Assembly (NCBI GenBank): GCA_020027215.1
Contig: JAHRAO010000018.1
Coordinates: forward strand, 10,013 to 74,012
Direction of reading: 5' to 3'
Length of the DNA: 64,000 nucleotides
Origin: Gammaproteobacteria bacterium
GTDB taxonomy: Bacteria; Pseudomonadota; Gammaproteobacteria; JABABF01; JAHRAO01
The notes under the pieces were generated by a model that had not been told where the DNA came from, did not search any database, and saw nothing but the letters and a program-made list of their open reading frames with translations. Below are positions 19,650 through 30,579 of this stretch, piece by piece (within the stretch, counting starts at the first letter, position 1; every line of letters begins with the position of its first letter). The position numbers were made by a program, and so were the translations under genes.

Positions 19650-21496
19650 TGGTAGCACGATTACTTCATTTTTTACGTTGGGCGGCACCGGCAACTGTTT
19701 TTGCCCTCCTCGCCATTGTCTTTATTGCACTCAATGCCTTGAATGATTTATTGTTTGATGGGGTGCATTGGGATCTCACCGAAAACCGCCTCTATACTTT
19801 ATCTGATGGGAGCAGAGGGGTCATCAATACTATATCCGAGCCGATTGATCTTTATTTTTTCTTTTCCGATGAAGCGACACGCACTATCGCTCCTATACGC
19901 AATTATTCTCGCCGAGTGCGTGAGCTATTGGAAGAATATGAGTCTTATGCAGATGGCAAAATTCGGTTGCATTTCATTGACCCCGAACCTTTTTCGGTCG
20001 CCGAAGATAGGGCAACGCAATACGGACTCCAAGCAGTGCCTTCGGGAGTGGGTGCGGCTACTTTCTATTTAGGGTTAGCGGGGGTGAATAGTGTAGACAC
20101 ACAAGAATCTATCCCCTTTTTCCATCCGCAAAAAGAACGCTTTTTAGAATACGATATTACGCAATTGATCGATCGCCTATCGCAAACACAACGCCCCGTG
20201 GTGGGTCTCTATAATGGATTAGGTGACGAAGTTTTTGATCGCCTGACTATCAAACAAAATATTGAACGCACCTATACCATTGAAACCATCTCTTCGCAAA
20301 CCACTGAGATTCCCGACTATATCGCATTATTGGTCGTTATTCATCCGACCAATTTAAGCGACAATCTCCTCTACGCTATTGATCAGTATGCACTGAAAGG
20401 CAAAGCAATCCTATTGTTTGCCGATCCAATGAGCAATTTGCTACGTGAATCAGTATTGCAAAATGCGGCAAGTGACCCGCAAAGCATGTTTCAACAAGCA
20501 CAGTCAAACCCACACAAACTTTTGAATGCTTGGGGAGTCAACATGCGTGATGGTGTCGTATTATCGGATAATTTGCGCGCCATCACCGTCAATACGAATA
20601 GCGGAGCCGCAATGCGCCATCCCGCATTCATTAATCTCCATTCTAGTGATTTTAGTGATACCGACATCGTTACTTCCGGACTTGACCGAATCAATTTAGG
20701 TGCGGTGGGCGTCATTGATTTATTAGAGAGCACGGAAAACATTACCATTGAACCCCTATTGCGCTCTAGCCACGAAGGGAAAACCATTCCTACTCAGCAA
20801 ATGCTCGGGATGCAAGATACGGCACAAATAATGCGGGCGGCAACTGGTGATGGAAAAAATCTATCCATTGGCGTGCGGATTAGCGGTGAAGTGAACACCG
20901 CTTTTGCCGAACGATCCGAAGAAAATCATACCGCAAAGGGGCGTATCAATGTCATTTTTATTGCCGACACCGATATTCTGAGCGATGAATTTTGGGTGCG
21001 TTCACAAAATTTCTTTGGACAACGAATTGTATCCGCATGGGCTGACAACGGTAATTTAGTGATGAACATTTTAGACAATTTAATTGGGAGCTCCAATTTA
21101 ATCAGCATTCGCAGTCGTGGACGCTTTACACGCCCATTTACCACAGTGGATAGTCTGCGCGTGAATGCCGAACAACACTATAAACAAGAAGCCGAGGCCT
21201 TGGAAACCCGCCTGCGCGAAACCGAACAGCAACTCACCCAACTACAGCAAGCACGACGTGAACGCAAACAACTGACAATTAGCGTTGCAGAACAAAACAC
21301 TATTAATCGCTTCCAGCAAGATAAACTTAACACCCGTAAGCAATTACGCAATGTGCGTCACCAACTGAATAAAGATATTGAAAACCTCGGTGCCCTATTA
21401 AAAATCATCAATATCGTCGTTGCGCCATTGTTGCTTACATTTTTGTTATGGCTCATTTATTATTGGAGTGCGCGCCGGATGATGAAGGAGCAATAA
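19649..21496 (+). CDS. GldG-like ABC transporter auxiliary/substrate-binding component with C-terminal coiled coil and TM anchor
   Basis: Large periplasmic protein with an N-terminal TM segment, a C-terminal coiled coil (EQHYKQEAEALETRLRETEQQL..) and a final TM helix. This architecture is known for GldG-family proteins. The start is chosen at the Met that overlaps the permease stop (TGATG). The ORF track begins at 19604. Confidence 0.6.
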   Translation: MVARLLHFLRWAAPATVFALLAIVFIALNALNDLLFDGVHWDLTENRLYTLSDGSRGVINTISEPIDLYFFFSDEATRTIAPIRNYSRRVRELLEEYESYADGKIRLHFIDPEPFSVAEDRATQYGLQAVPSGVGAATFYLGLAGVNSVDTQESIPFFHPQKERFLEYDITQLIDRLSQTQRPVVGLYNGLGDEVFDRLTIKQNIERTYTIETISSQTTEIPDYIALLVVIHPTNLSDNLLYAIDQYALKGKAILLFADPMSNLLRESVLQNAASDPQSMFQQAQSNPHKLLNAWGVNMRDGVVLSDNLRAITVNTNSGAAMRHPAFINLHSSDFSDTDIVTSGLDRINLGAVGVIDLLESTENITIEPLLRSSHEGKTIPTQQMLGMQDTAQIMRAATGDGKNLSIGVRISGEVNTAFAERSEENHTAKGRINVIFIADTDILSDEFWVRSQNFFGQRIVSAWADNGNLVMNILDNLIGSSNLISIRSRGRFTRPFTTVDSLRVNAEQHYKQEAEALETRLRETEQQLTQLQQARRERKQLTISVAEQNTINRFQQDKLNTRKQLRNVRHQLNKDIENLGALLKIINIVVAPLLLTFLLWLIYYWSARRMMKEQ

Positions 21497-21777
21497 ACTG
21501 ATTAGGTTTATGGTGAATATTAAAAAAGAATTTGTAGATATCTATGACTATTTGAAACAGAACCACGATAAGAAAATTAAAATCTTATTGCCACTTCTGA
21601 AATAGAGGATGATGATATCTTATAAGTATAACCGTGACGAGAATGTAACTTCCCCTTGGAATGGCTTTGGAGAAGTCGTAGCGCTTCGTTGTTATTACTA
21701 TAATTGGTCGACGACGCAGCGAGCCATAGACCAAAAGGAAACTTCACTCCGCTTCAATATACACAAGTACGCGTGCA

Positions 21778-22824
21778 ATGAAAAATAAACGCTTCATATT
21801 GTTCACTGGTAGCGCACTCGTAGCGATTATTTTCATTTGTGTGCTGGTTATCGCAATTATTGATCGCCCAGCCAAAAGTGTGATGCACACTGGCAATGCG
21901 TTATTTCCCAATTTAGCCGATCACTTAAACGACATTAATAGCATTGTCATTGGTAATCCTTCTACTGCAGTACACCTTATCCAAACGGATGGGGAATGGA
22001 CGGTACAAAATCATCACCAATACCCAGCGAGCTTTACATCTATTGATCGTATGGTGCGCGCCTTAGTCAATGCCAAAAAAGAAGAACAAAAAACAAATCA
22101 GCCCGCCAATTATTCGCAATTAGGATTGGGTGAAGAAGCATTGTCTGTGCAATTGTTCGGCACAAAGTTGTGGGATAAACTCCATATTGGTGCGCAAGCA
22201 ACGCAACGCAATGGACAGTTCATCCGTTTTGAGCAGGAAGAACACGTGTGGTTGATTGACCAGGACCTACACCTATTTGATAATCCCAACGATTGGTTAG
22301 AACGGCAAATCATCAATATCCCTTTTACGCGTATTGCAAAAGTGGTTTACAGCAAAAAAGGAAAAGGAAAGCGCAAGGCACAAAAAATAACCCTCACTCG
22401 TAGCGAGTCAATTGCCGCGTTACAACCGACCAAGTTACCGAAAAAAAAGAAACTACAATACGAGCGCATATTAGAGCGCTACGGTCAATCTTTACAAAAT
22501 ATTAACCTTGCAGATGTGCAACCTGCCGATACGGTCAAATTCAAAGCAAATTTTAATGTAACTTACCAGTGCTTTGACCCCTTAATCATCCATGCGGCAT
22601 TGATGGAAATGGATGGTGAGCGTTATTTGCGCCTATCCTTTGAGCGCGCAGAAAAACCAGTTGCCGCCCCCAGCACAGCAAGTCAACACAGCGATGTTAT
22701 TGTGACTGCCGACACAGTAGCGGCGCTCAATACACGCCATAGCCCGTGGGTTTACCTACTCAACGATTACGAATTTAACCGCTTTAAGGTCAGTTTGAAA
22801 GACGCCCTCATCCCAGCAGAATAA
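21778..22824 (+). CDS. DUF4340-like exported protein (commonly follows gldG-like genes)
   Basis: 348 aa with an N-terminal TM/signal segment. The assignment rests on synteny with gldAFG-like operons and general features. Low sequence-level certainty. Confidence 0.4.
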   Translation: MKNKRFILFTGSALVAIIFICVLVIAIIDRPAKSVMHTGNALFPNLADHLNDINSIVIGNPSTAVHLIQTDGEWTVQNHHQYPASFTSIDRMVRALVNAKKEEQKTNQPANYSQLGLGEEALSVQLFGTKLWDKLHIGAQATQRNGQFIRFEQEEHVWLIDQDLHLFDNPNDWLERQIINIPFTRIAKVVYSKKGKGKRKAQKITLTRSESIAALQPTKLPKKKKLQYERILERYGQSLQNINLADVQPADTVKFKANFNVTYQCFDPLIIHAALMEMDGERYLRLSFERAEKPVAAPSTASQHSDVIVTADTVAALNTRHSPWVYLLNDYEFNRFKVSLKDALIPAE

Positions 22825-22830
22825 TTTCTG

Positions 22831-24288
22831 TCATGCCGCAATCGGGGGGCGTTGCCGATGCCAATCGGTTGCTTGTTGGTAAATATGTGCGGCATTCAAC
22901 AATTGTGCTTCGTGCCACCACGGCGCAATCAGTTGGAGCCCCACTGGGCGATTAGAGGTAGCAAATCCTGCGGGATAGCTCAATGCAGGTAAGCCAGCTA
23001 AATTAGCACCGACCAAAAATGTATCTCCCAAGTACATTTGTACTGAGTCATTAACTTTTTCACCGAGGTTAAAAGAGACATACGGAGTAGACGGCATAGC
23101 AATGAAATCCACGCTATCAAATATGCGCACAAATTCGTCACGGATCACTTGCCGCATACATTGTGCTTTATGGTAATAGGCATCATAATAGCCGGATGAA
23201 AGGACGTAAGTTCCCATCATAATTCGCCGTTTTACTTCGTCACCGAATGCCTCACTGCGCGAACGCACCAATAAATCTTCAACACTCTCGGCATTATCAC
23301 ATTGATATCCATAACGCACGCCGTCATAACGCGCTAAATTTGCCGAACACTCAGCCATAGCGAGCACACAATAAGTGGGTACCGCATAATCATTATGCGC
23401 CAAAGTAATATCCATGCACGTTGCTCCTAATTGGCGATATTGGTCAATAGCGGCAAGAGTAATATCGGCAACTGCAGGATCGAGTCGCGAGTCATAAATA
23501 TTTTGTGGAACCCCTATCTTTTTACCCTTGAGGGGTTGAGTCAAGGTTGCCATGTAGTTAGGCAAAGGGTAATCCACCGCAGTGGAATCGCGCTTATCGT
23601 AAGTCGCCATACTCTGCAGTACTAAAGCGCAATCTTCGGCACTACGGGCGATAAGCCCCCCTTGATCTAAGCTAGAAGCAAAAGCGACCATCCCGTAACG
23701 CGATACCCGTCCATAAGTCGGTTTCATACCTGTGACACTACATAGCGATGCTGGCTGACGGATAGATCCACCCGTATCACTTCCCGTGGCAATTGGAGCA
23801 AGGCCTGCCGCCACTGCCGCCGCCGACCCACCAGACGACCCGCCAGGGACAGTATACTCATCCCACGGATTATGGACATTACCGTAATAGCTGTTTTCAT
23901 TAGATGAACCCATCGCAAATTCATCCATATTTGTTTTGCCCAACAATACCACTCCCGCCCTATCCAATTGTTCCACGACATGCGCATCAATTGGCGAGAT
24001 AAAATTATCCAGCATCCGTGAACCACAGGTGGTGCGTACTTCTGCGGTGCAGAACAAATCCTTATGCGCAATAGGAACTCCAGTCAGCGGAGCGGCGTCT
24101 TTCTTGCGCAAAGCGGTATCGGCGCGTTGAGCGGCAGCGATGGCGCGCTCAGCTAAGATGGTGATATAACTATTAAGTGCCGAATCGTGCTGGTCAATGC
24201 GCGATAAATAGTGTTGAGTTAATTCGCTACTGGAATAATCGCCGCTGCGCAAGCCACGCACTAACTCAGCAACAGTGAAGTGATGCAC
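22831..24288 (-). CDS. gatA: Glutamyl-tRNA(Gln) amidotransferase subunit A
   Basis: 485 aa with the amidase-signature Gly/Ser-rich motif [14 protein letters not shown]. Directly downstream of gatC. Confidence 0.9.
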   Translation of the reverse strand: MHHFTVAELVRGLRSGDYSSSELTQHYLSRIDQHDSALNSYITILAERAIAAAQRADTALRKKDAAPLTGVPIAHKDLFCTAEVRTTCGSRMLDNFISPIDAHVVEQLDRAGVVLLGKTNMDEFAMGSSNENSYYGNVHNPWDEYTVPGGSSGGSAAAVAAGLAPIATGSDTGGSIRQPASLCSVTGMKPTYGRVSRYGMVAFASSLDQGGLIARSAEDCALVLQSMATYDKRDSTAVDYPLPNYMATLTQPLKGKKIGVPQNIYDSRLDPAVADITLAAIDQYRQLGATCMDITLAHNDYAVPTYCVLAMAECSANLARYDGVRYGYQCDNAESVEDLLVRSRSEAFGDEVKRRIMMGTYVLSSGYYDAYYHKAQCMRQVIRDEFVRIFDSVDFIAMPSTPYVSFNLGEKVNDSVQMYLGDTFLVGANLAGLPALSYPAGFATSNRPVGLQLIAPWWHEAQLLNAAHIYQQATDWHRQRPPIAA

Positions 24289-24294
24289 TAATAA

Positions 24295-24573
24295 CTAATC
24301 AATAATTTTAGGAACCCAATAAAACCCGTCATGGAATTTTGGGGTGAGGGATTGTAATGCCTCGCGGGATGTGACTTCGGTGGGTATATCTTCCCGCACA
24401 TGCAGGTGATCGCGATGAACGTTGTATAGCGGAAGTACATCGTGTACAGGAGCATTTTTCAATTGATCGGTCAAGTATAAAATATCACGCAGGGCGTGGA
24501 TAAAAGTTTTATCGGTGGGATCTATTTTTATATGCGCCAGTTGGGCAATATTTTGTACCGTTTGATTATCCAT
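24295..24573 (-). CDS. gatC: Asp/Glu-tRNA amidotransferase subunit C
   Basis: 92 aa, GatC-like (..IAQLAHIKIDPTDKTF..), sitting 6 nt upstream of gatA. Confidence 0.8.
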   Translation of the reverse strand: MDNQTVQNIAQLAHIKIDPTDKTFIHALRDILYLTDQLKNAPVHDVLPLYNVHRDHLHVREDIPTEVTSREALQSLTPKFHDGFYWVPKIID

Positions 24574-24578
24574 ATTTT

Positions 24579-27392
24579 TTAGTATTGATATACCACATCT
24601 AAGCCATAAGTTGCGGGAGGATTATAAAAATTCGCTGCGCCGACGCTACTTAAATGATAGGATTCATTAGTAATGTTTTTACCCCAGAGGGCAACTTTTA
24701 TCTCACCAAAATCGCTCAACGATACATCGCTCAATGCAATGCGTGAATTAACGATCGTATAGCCTTCTACCTTTGCATCGGTCGGGGTGGGGTGATAATC
24801 TCCCGACACACTAAAATCAATATGAAAATCAAACACCCCAAAAGTTGTGTCAGGCAAAATGTAATCAAACGATAAGGAGCCCGCGTAATTGGGGGCACCG
24901 TCTAAGTAAAATTGAGATGGAAACTGAGGCAAGCTGGACGGACGTTGGGGCAGGGTGAGGGTACACCTTTGCCCGAGTTGGACACACGGCGGTAATCGAT
25001 TCGGATGGGCAATAGTCGGCACATCCCAATCAATGAAACTCATATCCCATTTTACGGTGAGACCGTGAAAGGGGATGATAGAAAATTCGGCTTCTAATCC
25101 TGTAATATTCGTGGTGCCCGGAATGTTAGTGGTCACAATATTGGCGGGTGTGGCATCGAGGCGGAAAATATTTTCGCGCGGCGAAATTTGCTTATTGTCG
25201 TAATCCATTGTAAAGAAAGCAACATTGACCGCCATGCTATCCCCTGCTAATCTTCCTTTGTAACCGATTTCAGTATTCGCTAAAGTTTCCTCTTCAAAAA
25301 CATTAAAAGCCACCGAGCGCTGGCTAATGCCACCAGCTTTATAGCCTGTCGCATAACGCAAGTATAAATTGTGTTGGTCAGACAGCCGCCAACGTCCAGC
25401 AAGTGAATAGTCGGTGCGGTTATCATCAATTGTTGCCGAATTTGCCACCGCAAGCGCATTACTCACTGTTTGTCGACCAATGCGTTCATCTTGAGTATAG
25501 CGAAGACCTAAAGAGACATCCCACTGAGGGTTAAAACGATAGGTCACTTGTCCAAACACCGCCTGTGAAGTTGCCTCAAATTGCACTCGGCTATTAAAAC
25601 GGCTCGCTTCGGTTGGATTATCGTTATTGCGGATCCCATTTGGAGTGCGGCAGCTCAAACAATAAGGTGATGCAAGGGCTGTCGGTAAATTGTTGTTCCC
25701 CAATAGTGGCAGCACAAAATCATAGGGGAAAATATTGGTCCCTGCGATAATGGCATCGCCATTGCTACCGATAATTGCCGTCGCTAACAACTGTGGTTGT
25801 TGCTGTAAAGGTTGAACAGATAGTGCATACTGCGGGGTAGAGAGCAGGAAATGGCGGTAAACCGTGTGAAAAGCGCCTTGATTTTCGCGAGCTTCCTCAT
25901 CAAAATAATAGAATCCACTGACAAACTGTAATTGCCCATCCATAAAATCGCCCAATACTTGAATCTCTTGGGATAACTGTTCTTGCGCAACAACTTCTCC
26001 ATTATCGCCAGCGCTACTACTAATCCCCATACCAGTCAGCGCCCCATTAAAATTATTATTGAGTGTTTGATCTATTTCACGCATACTTGTAATGGACTTC
26101 AAAGTCAAATGGTCAAATTCAACTGTCGCTAAAAAAGTATGCCCAATTTGGTCAATATTATTGTCGTTAAGATATTGCGGTGAGCGAACTTGGTCGGCAC
26201 GCTCGTTTTGTTCGGTCGCATTGGCAGTAACATAAGGCACAATCCATTGTGTGCTGAGCGCAATCGGATCGGGAGATAAATTTGGATTCTGCATCACTGC
26301 TTGCCGCACTCCCTGTGCCACGCCAACTATATAGTTATTGGCGGCACCACTCAATCTACCCGGTCCAGCGAGAGGGTTTTGTCCGATCGAAGCGCCTTGC
26401 GATGCCAGCATTTGCGTTAAAGTGTTGGTGGTTGCAATTGCCTGCAACAATCCTCCGCACACGGCAATATTACCTGGGTTTGGATTGCCAAAATTGCCAA
26501 AATCATTCATGGACAAATGGTCCCCATCGTTCGGCAATCCACAATAATGAGTAAATGCTTGCGACAAACCGACTCGCTCTACCCCATTGCTCGCTTGTAA
26601 ATAACCTTGCGTATTTTCAATTGTGCCATCATCGTAAGCGTAATCTAAAGTCGCCCGATTGCTTTGCCAACGTAGCGCCACCCGGTAAGCCGACTGATCG
26701 TTGCGCGAAAAATCTTCATTATTGCGTACTCCAGGATATGTCCGATTTTCAATATAGCCATCGTAATTACGGTCTAGGTAAGTAATGCGGGCTGCCAATC
26801 CATTGTAGCTCGGCAAATCAATATGCGACAACGAACGCAATTCGCCGTATTCACTGCCGATGGTCAGCACCTGTTTAATGCCAAATTCACCGCTGGGTTT
26901 TGTCGAAATTAAATTGACCACTCCTGCTATATTGTTGCGCCCGTATAAAGTGCCCTGCGGCCCGCGCAAAACTTCTAGCCGTTCTATATTCAGCATATCG
27001 GCAATCAGCCCTTGCATACGCCCTAAGTACACCCCATCAATATTAATCCCGACCGGTGCCTCTAACCCAATCGATCCTGCGTCAGTGACTTGAATACCGC
27101 GCATTCCAATGCTAAGGGTTGCGGGGCTATTCGCAAAAGGTGTAATCCGTAAAGAGGGTAATTGACCACTCGCTAAATCACCCAAGCTGGTGACATTGCG
27201 CCGTCCTAACTCATCCGCATCCCACGCAGTGACTGATAGCGGGGTTTCGCTGAGCAGTTCATCTCTTTTTTGCGCTGTAACAATAATTTCTTCCAAAGCG
27301 GTTGAGGCGGTCGGTGTAGAATTATTTTGTGCCCACGCCTGTTGCCAACTCAGTAATGTCAAAAACAAAATCATTGCGATAAATAAATTCAT
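24579..27392 (-). CDS. TonB-dependent outer membrane receptor
   Basis: 937 aa with a signal peptide (..SWQQAWAQN) and a TonB-box/plug region (EEIIVTAQKRDELLSETPLSVTA, NVTSLGDLASG). It is a long beta-barrel ending in an aromatic residue. The upstream region has a TATAAT -10 box and a GAGAGG RBS. Confidence 0.8.
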   Translation of the reverse strand: MNLFIAMILFLTLLSWQQAWAQNNSTPTASTALEEIIVTAQKRDELLSETPLSVTAWDADELGRRNVTSLGDLASGQLPSLRITPFANSPATLSIGMRGIQVTDAGSIGLEAPVGINIDGVYLGRMQGLIADMLNIERLEVLRGPQGTLYGRNNIAGVVNLISTKPSGEFGIKQVLTIGSEYGELRSLSHIDLPSYNGLAARITYLDRNYDGYIENRTYPGVRNNEDFSRNDQSAYRVALRWQSNRATLDYAYDDGTIENTQGYLQASNGVERVGLSQAFTHYCGLPNDGDHLSMNDFGNFGNPNPGNIAVCGGLLQAIATTNTLTQMLASQGASIGQNPLAGPGRLSGAANNYIVGVAQGVRQAVMQNPNLSPDPIALSTQWIVPYVTANATEQNERADQVRSPQYLNDNNIDQIGHTFLATVEFDHLTLKSITSMREIDQTLNNNFNGALTGMGISSSAGDNGEVVAQEQLSQEIQVLGDFMDGQLQFVSGFYYFDEEARENQGAFHTVYRHFLLSTPQYALSVQPLQQQPQLLATAIIGSNGDAIIAGTNIFPYDFVLPLLGNNNLPTALASPYCLSCRTPNGIRNNDNPTEASRFNSRVQFEATSQAVFGQVTYRFNPQWDVSLGLRYTQDERIGRQTVSNALAVANSATIDDNRTDYSLAGRWRLSDQHNLYLRYATGYKAGGISQRSVAFNVFEEETLANTEIGYKGRLAGDSMAVNVAFFTMDYDNKQISPRENIFRLDATPANIVTTNIPGTTNITGLEAEFSIIPFHGLTVKWDMSFIDWDVPTIAHPNRLPPCVQLGQRCTLTLPQRPSSLPQFPSQFYLDGAPNYAGSLSFDYILPDTTFGVFDFHIDFSVSGDYHPTPTDAKVEGYTIVNSRIALSDVSLSDFGEIKVALWGKNITNESYHLSSVGAANFYNPPATYGLDVVYQY

Positions 27393-27440
27393 AAAATACT
27401 ACCTCTCATTATGATGTTTAATTATAGGGGAATAACTGAG
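27393..27440 (-). promoter_or_regulatory. Promoter region of the TonB-dependent receptor gene, with a possible weak Fur-box-like AT-rich dyad
   Basis: In gene orientation the sequence reads ...CCCCTATAATTAAACATCATAATGAGAGGTAGTATTTTATG. That gives TATAAT at -35 nt relative to the ATG, a GAGAGG RBS, and ATCATAATGA, which resembles half of a Fur box. The Fur assignment is weak. Confidence 0.3.
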
Positions 27441-27550
27441 ACGATTCTCGACAAAACAAAGGGCAAGCAGATAGTATACACCACTATCGCTAAAAAAATA
27501 GGCATATATTTATTGATAAATACGACAATATTCTGCGTGGTCGCCCGCAA

Positions 27551-28885
27551 TCATGTAGGTTCCCGCGACGCTGTATGGCTACATTCAGCAGCAATGGGTT
27601 CGCCAATACAAAAATAATCAAAACCATCTAACGCTGTGCTCTTTTCGCGGTAAAGGTTACGACCATCAAAAATCACTGGTCGGCGCATCATGTTGCGCAC
27701 GCGTGCCATATCCATATCCCTATACTCATCCCATTCGGTATGGATGAGGAGTGCATCGGCATCAACACAAGCATCGTATGCCGATGTCGCCACAGTGATA
27801 TGCTGAGTGATTGGGTCACCCGACGAGTGAGCAAAAGCCACTGGATCGTGGGCAACGACCATTGCTTTTTCATCTAATAGTTGGCGCATAATCGCCACCG
27901 AAGGCGAACTACGGGTATCATCTGTGCCGGGCTTAAATGCCACTCCCCACACGGCAATACGCTTGTTTTTTAAGCCATCCGCAAAATAATTACGGATGCG
28001 GTGGACAAAACGATCAATTTGCCGATCATTGACTCGCTGGGCAGCCGAACAAATTGACATTTCCTGTTCTACAGCCCGAGCTAAATGAATGATTGCATGC
28101 ATATCTTTGGGAAAACACGATCCGCCATAGCCTATGCCGCATGAGAGAAATTGGTGACCGATACGCATATCACTACCCATCACCGCTTTAACTTCGGCAA
28201 AACTCGCTCCATATGCTTCGCAAAGGTGTGCTAATTCATTGGCAAAAGAAATGCGCACTGCCAACATTGCATTGGCAGCGTATTTAGATAGTTCGGCTGA
28301 AAGAATGGATACTTGGAATAGTTGAGCATCGCCTTCTAAAAATGGAGCGTATAAGCGAGCAAGAGTAGTTGCTACCGATGGGTTATCGGCACCTATGACA
28401 ATGCGGTCGGGTGCAAAGAAATCGTGCACTGCACGACCCTCGCGAAGAAATTCTGGATTGGACGCCACATAATCGTGGCGCAATTGCTGACTAATTTTGT
28501 ATGTTGTTCCCATGGGGACAGTACTCTTCATAACAATAACTTTCTGTCCCATATCGCCAATATGCGCCAATTGTGCGATGATATTATCAATGGAGGACAT
28601 ATCTGCCGCTCTATCGAGGGATGCAGGTGTACCCGCCGCAATGAATAAGATCTCGGCATGGCGGACCACCGAAGGGAGCGAAGTGGTGAAAGTCAAGCGG
28701 TTTTGGGCAATATTACTTTGCACCAGCGTCGCCAATTCGGGTTCAGAGAATGGGATTACACCTCGTTGCAAAGTATCAATTTTGTCCGTCGCACTGTCCA
28801 TACAGACAACGGTATTGTCTTTAGCGGCAAAACAAGCCCCAGTCACTAAACCGACATAGCCTGTTCCAATGATACCGATATTCAA
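27551..28885 (-). CDS. ugd: UDP-glucose 6-dehydrogenase
   Basis: N-terminal NAD-binding motif IGIIGTGYVGLVTG and the catalytic motif GGSCFPKD. The likely start is TTG at 28885, preceded by GAGG. The ORF track's 43-aa N-terminal extension to 28978 looks spurious. Confidence 0.8.
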   Translation of the reverse strand: MNIGIIGTGYVGLVTGACFAAKDNTVVCMDSATDKIDTLQRGVIPFSEPELATLVQSNIAQNRLTFTTSLPSVVRHAEILFIAAGTPASLDRAADMSSIDNIIAQLAHIGDMGQKVIVMKSTVPMGTTYKISQQLRHDYVASNPEFLREGRAVHDFFAPDRIVIGADNPSVATTLARLYAPFLEGDAQLFQVSILSAELSKYAANAMLAVRISFANELAHLCEAYGASFAEVKAVMGSDMRIGHQFLSCGIGYGGSCFPKDMHAIIHLARAVEQEMSICSAAQRVNDRQIDRFVHRIRNYFADGLKNKRIAVWGVAFKPGTDDTRSSPSVAIMRQLLDEKAMVVAHDPVAFAHSSGDPITQHITVATSAYDACVDADALLIHTEWDEYRDMDMARVRNMMRRPVIFDGRNLYREKSTALDGFDYFCIGEPIAAECSHTASREPT

Positions 28886-29079
28886 TGAGCGCCTCGCATT
28901 GTTTCCATAAAAATACCTGTGAATATACGCACACAAACAAATAGCACCTCCGTTCTCGCAAATGCTACCCGCTTGCAATATAGTTGTATGTATCCAATCA
29001 GATTTTTGCTATTATAATCTCATTCAATAAACTAGCCACAATTATTATGGTCAATAAAGCGCCCCCCGATCCAACGGCA

Positions 29080-30468
29080 ATGCCTCATGCATTGCATGCA
29101 TTGTCGCCGCTGGATGGCCGTTATAGCGAACACACGCGCAATTTAGCACAATTCTTCAGCGAATACGCTCTGATACGCTATCGCGTGCGGGTAGAAATTC
29201 AATGGCTACAACATTTAGCGGCAATCCCCGATCTAACGGAATTACCCCCATTTGACGATGCCTGTAATAAATTACTCAACGACATTGTAGAATCTTTTTC
29301 CGACCACGATGCTCTGCACATTAAACATATTGAACAGAGCCTGCGCCATGATGTTAAAGCGGTAGAGTATTTTCTGCGCGAAAAATTTTCACCACACCCT
29401 GCCTTAAAAAAAGCCATTCCATTTGTGCATTTTGCGTGCACTTCTGACGATATCAACAATCTCGCTTATAGTCTCATGCTGTGCGATGCCCAGCAGGCGA
29501 TAGTGCTCCCGACTTTAGCCACCTTCAATGACTCCCTCACTGCGCTGGCACAAAAATATGCTGGTCAACCTATGTTAGCACGCACGCACGGACAGCCAGC
29601 CAGCCCAACAACGATGGGAAAAGAAATGGCAGTATTTGCTTATCGCCTCTACAATCAACGCCAGCAACTCCAATCTCACCAATTTTGCGCAAAAATGAAC
29701 GGCGCAGTCGGGAATTACAATGCCCACTTCATCGCCTACCCCAATTTAGATTGGCAAAAAATATGCCAAAATTTTGTGACGCATATGGGGTTGCAATGGA
29801 CCCCCCTCACCACACAAATTGAACCGCACGATCGATTAGCCGAATGGTGCCATATTATGCTGCGCATCAATACCATTGCCATAGATACATGCCGCGATAT
29901 GTGGGGGTACATTGCATTAAACTACTTTACGCAAAAAAAAGACAAACGGGAAGTCGGATCATCCACTATGCCGCATAAAATCAATCCGATTGATTTTGAA
30001 AATGCAGAAGGCAATTTAGGGGTTGCCAATGCGATGTTGACTCATTTAGCCGAAAAACTGCCCATATCCAGATGGCAGCGCGATCTCAGCGATTCCACTG
30101 CGGAACGCAATATCGGTATTGCTTTAGGTCATACGCTGATCGCTTGGCGATCTATTCATCGCGGGCTCAGCCATCTCAAATTAAATGAACGCATACTCGC
30201 CGATGATTTAGAAGCGCATCCGCAAGTGTTAGGAGAAGCTGTCAGCACTGTTTTGCGCCGTTATGGAGAGTTAGATGCCTACGAACAAGTGAAAAAACTG
30301 ATCCATGACTCATTGACTGTGCATACTTTGCGTGATTTTATTGACAACCACCCCACATTACCGCACTCCGTCAAGGCGCAATTAAACACACTCGTGCCCA
30401 AAAATTATTGTGGCAACGCCGTCCAGCAAGTGCAGGATTTTGTTACGCTCTATAGCGATCCATCTTAA
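29080..30468 (+). CDS. purB: Adenylosuccinate lyase
   Basis: The N-terminus ALSPLDGRYSE matches E. coli PurB (AVSPVDGRYGD), and the fumarate-lyase family layout is present. The start is chosen at the Met 33 codons into ORF-track 28984..30468. Confidence 0.9.
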   Translation: MPHALHALSPLDGRYSEHTRNLAQFFSEYALIRYRVRVEIQWLQHLAAIPDLTELPPFDDACNKLLNDIVESFSDHDALHIKHIEQSLRHDVKAVEYFLREKFSPHPALKKAIPFVHFACTSDDINNLAYSLMLCDAQQAIVLPTLATFNDSLTALAQKYAGQPMLARTHGQPASPTTMGKEMAVFAYRLYNQRQQLQSHQFCAKMNGAVGNYNAHFIAYPNLDWQKICQNFVTHMGLQWTPLTTQIEPHDRLAEWCHIMLRINTIAIDTCRDMWGYIALNYFTQKKDKREVGSSTMPHKINPIDFENAEGNLGVANAMLTHLAEKLPISRWQRDLSDSTAERNIGIALGHTLIAWRSIHRGLSHLKLNERILADDLEAHPQVLGEAVSTVLRRYGELDAYEQVKKLIHDSLTVHTLRDFIDNHPTLPHSVKAQLNTLVPKNYCGNAVQQVQDFVTLYSDPS

Positions 30469-30579
30469 TTACCTTCCATCATTTCTTCGGAAAAAATACT
30501 CTATGCGATCAGCATAGTATTGATTTTTGGTGCCTGCGCCTATACAATATAGGCAGCGAGTAATTTTAGGAGTATAGCA

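Noticed and set aside
21510-21605. 31-codon ORF (MVNIKKEFVDIYDYLKQNHDKKIKILLPLLK) in the AT-rich gap between the gldG-like and DUF4340-like genes
   Set aside because: The RBS is weak, no known family was recognised, and the ORF is too short to support without conservation data. It might be a leader peptide, but the evidence is insufficient.
28886-29079. Long N-terminal extensions of the ugd (to 28978) and purB (from 28984) ORF calls
   Set aside because: These are longest-ORF artefacts. The conserved N-termini (IGIIGTGYVG for Ugd and ALSPLDGRY for PurB) lie well downstream, so the interval is a divergent promoter region and not coding.
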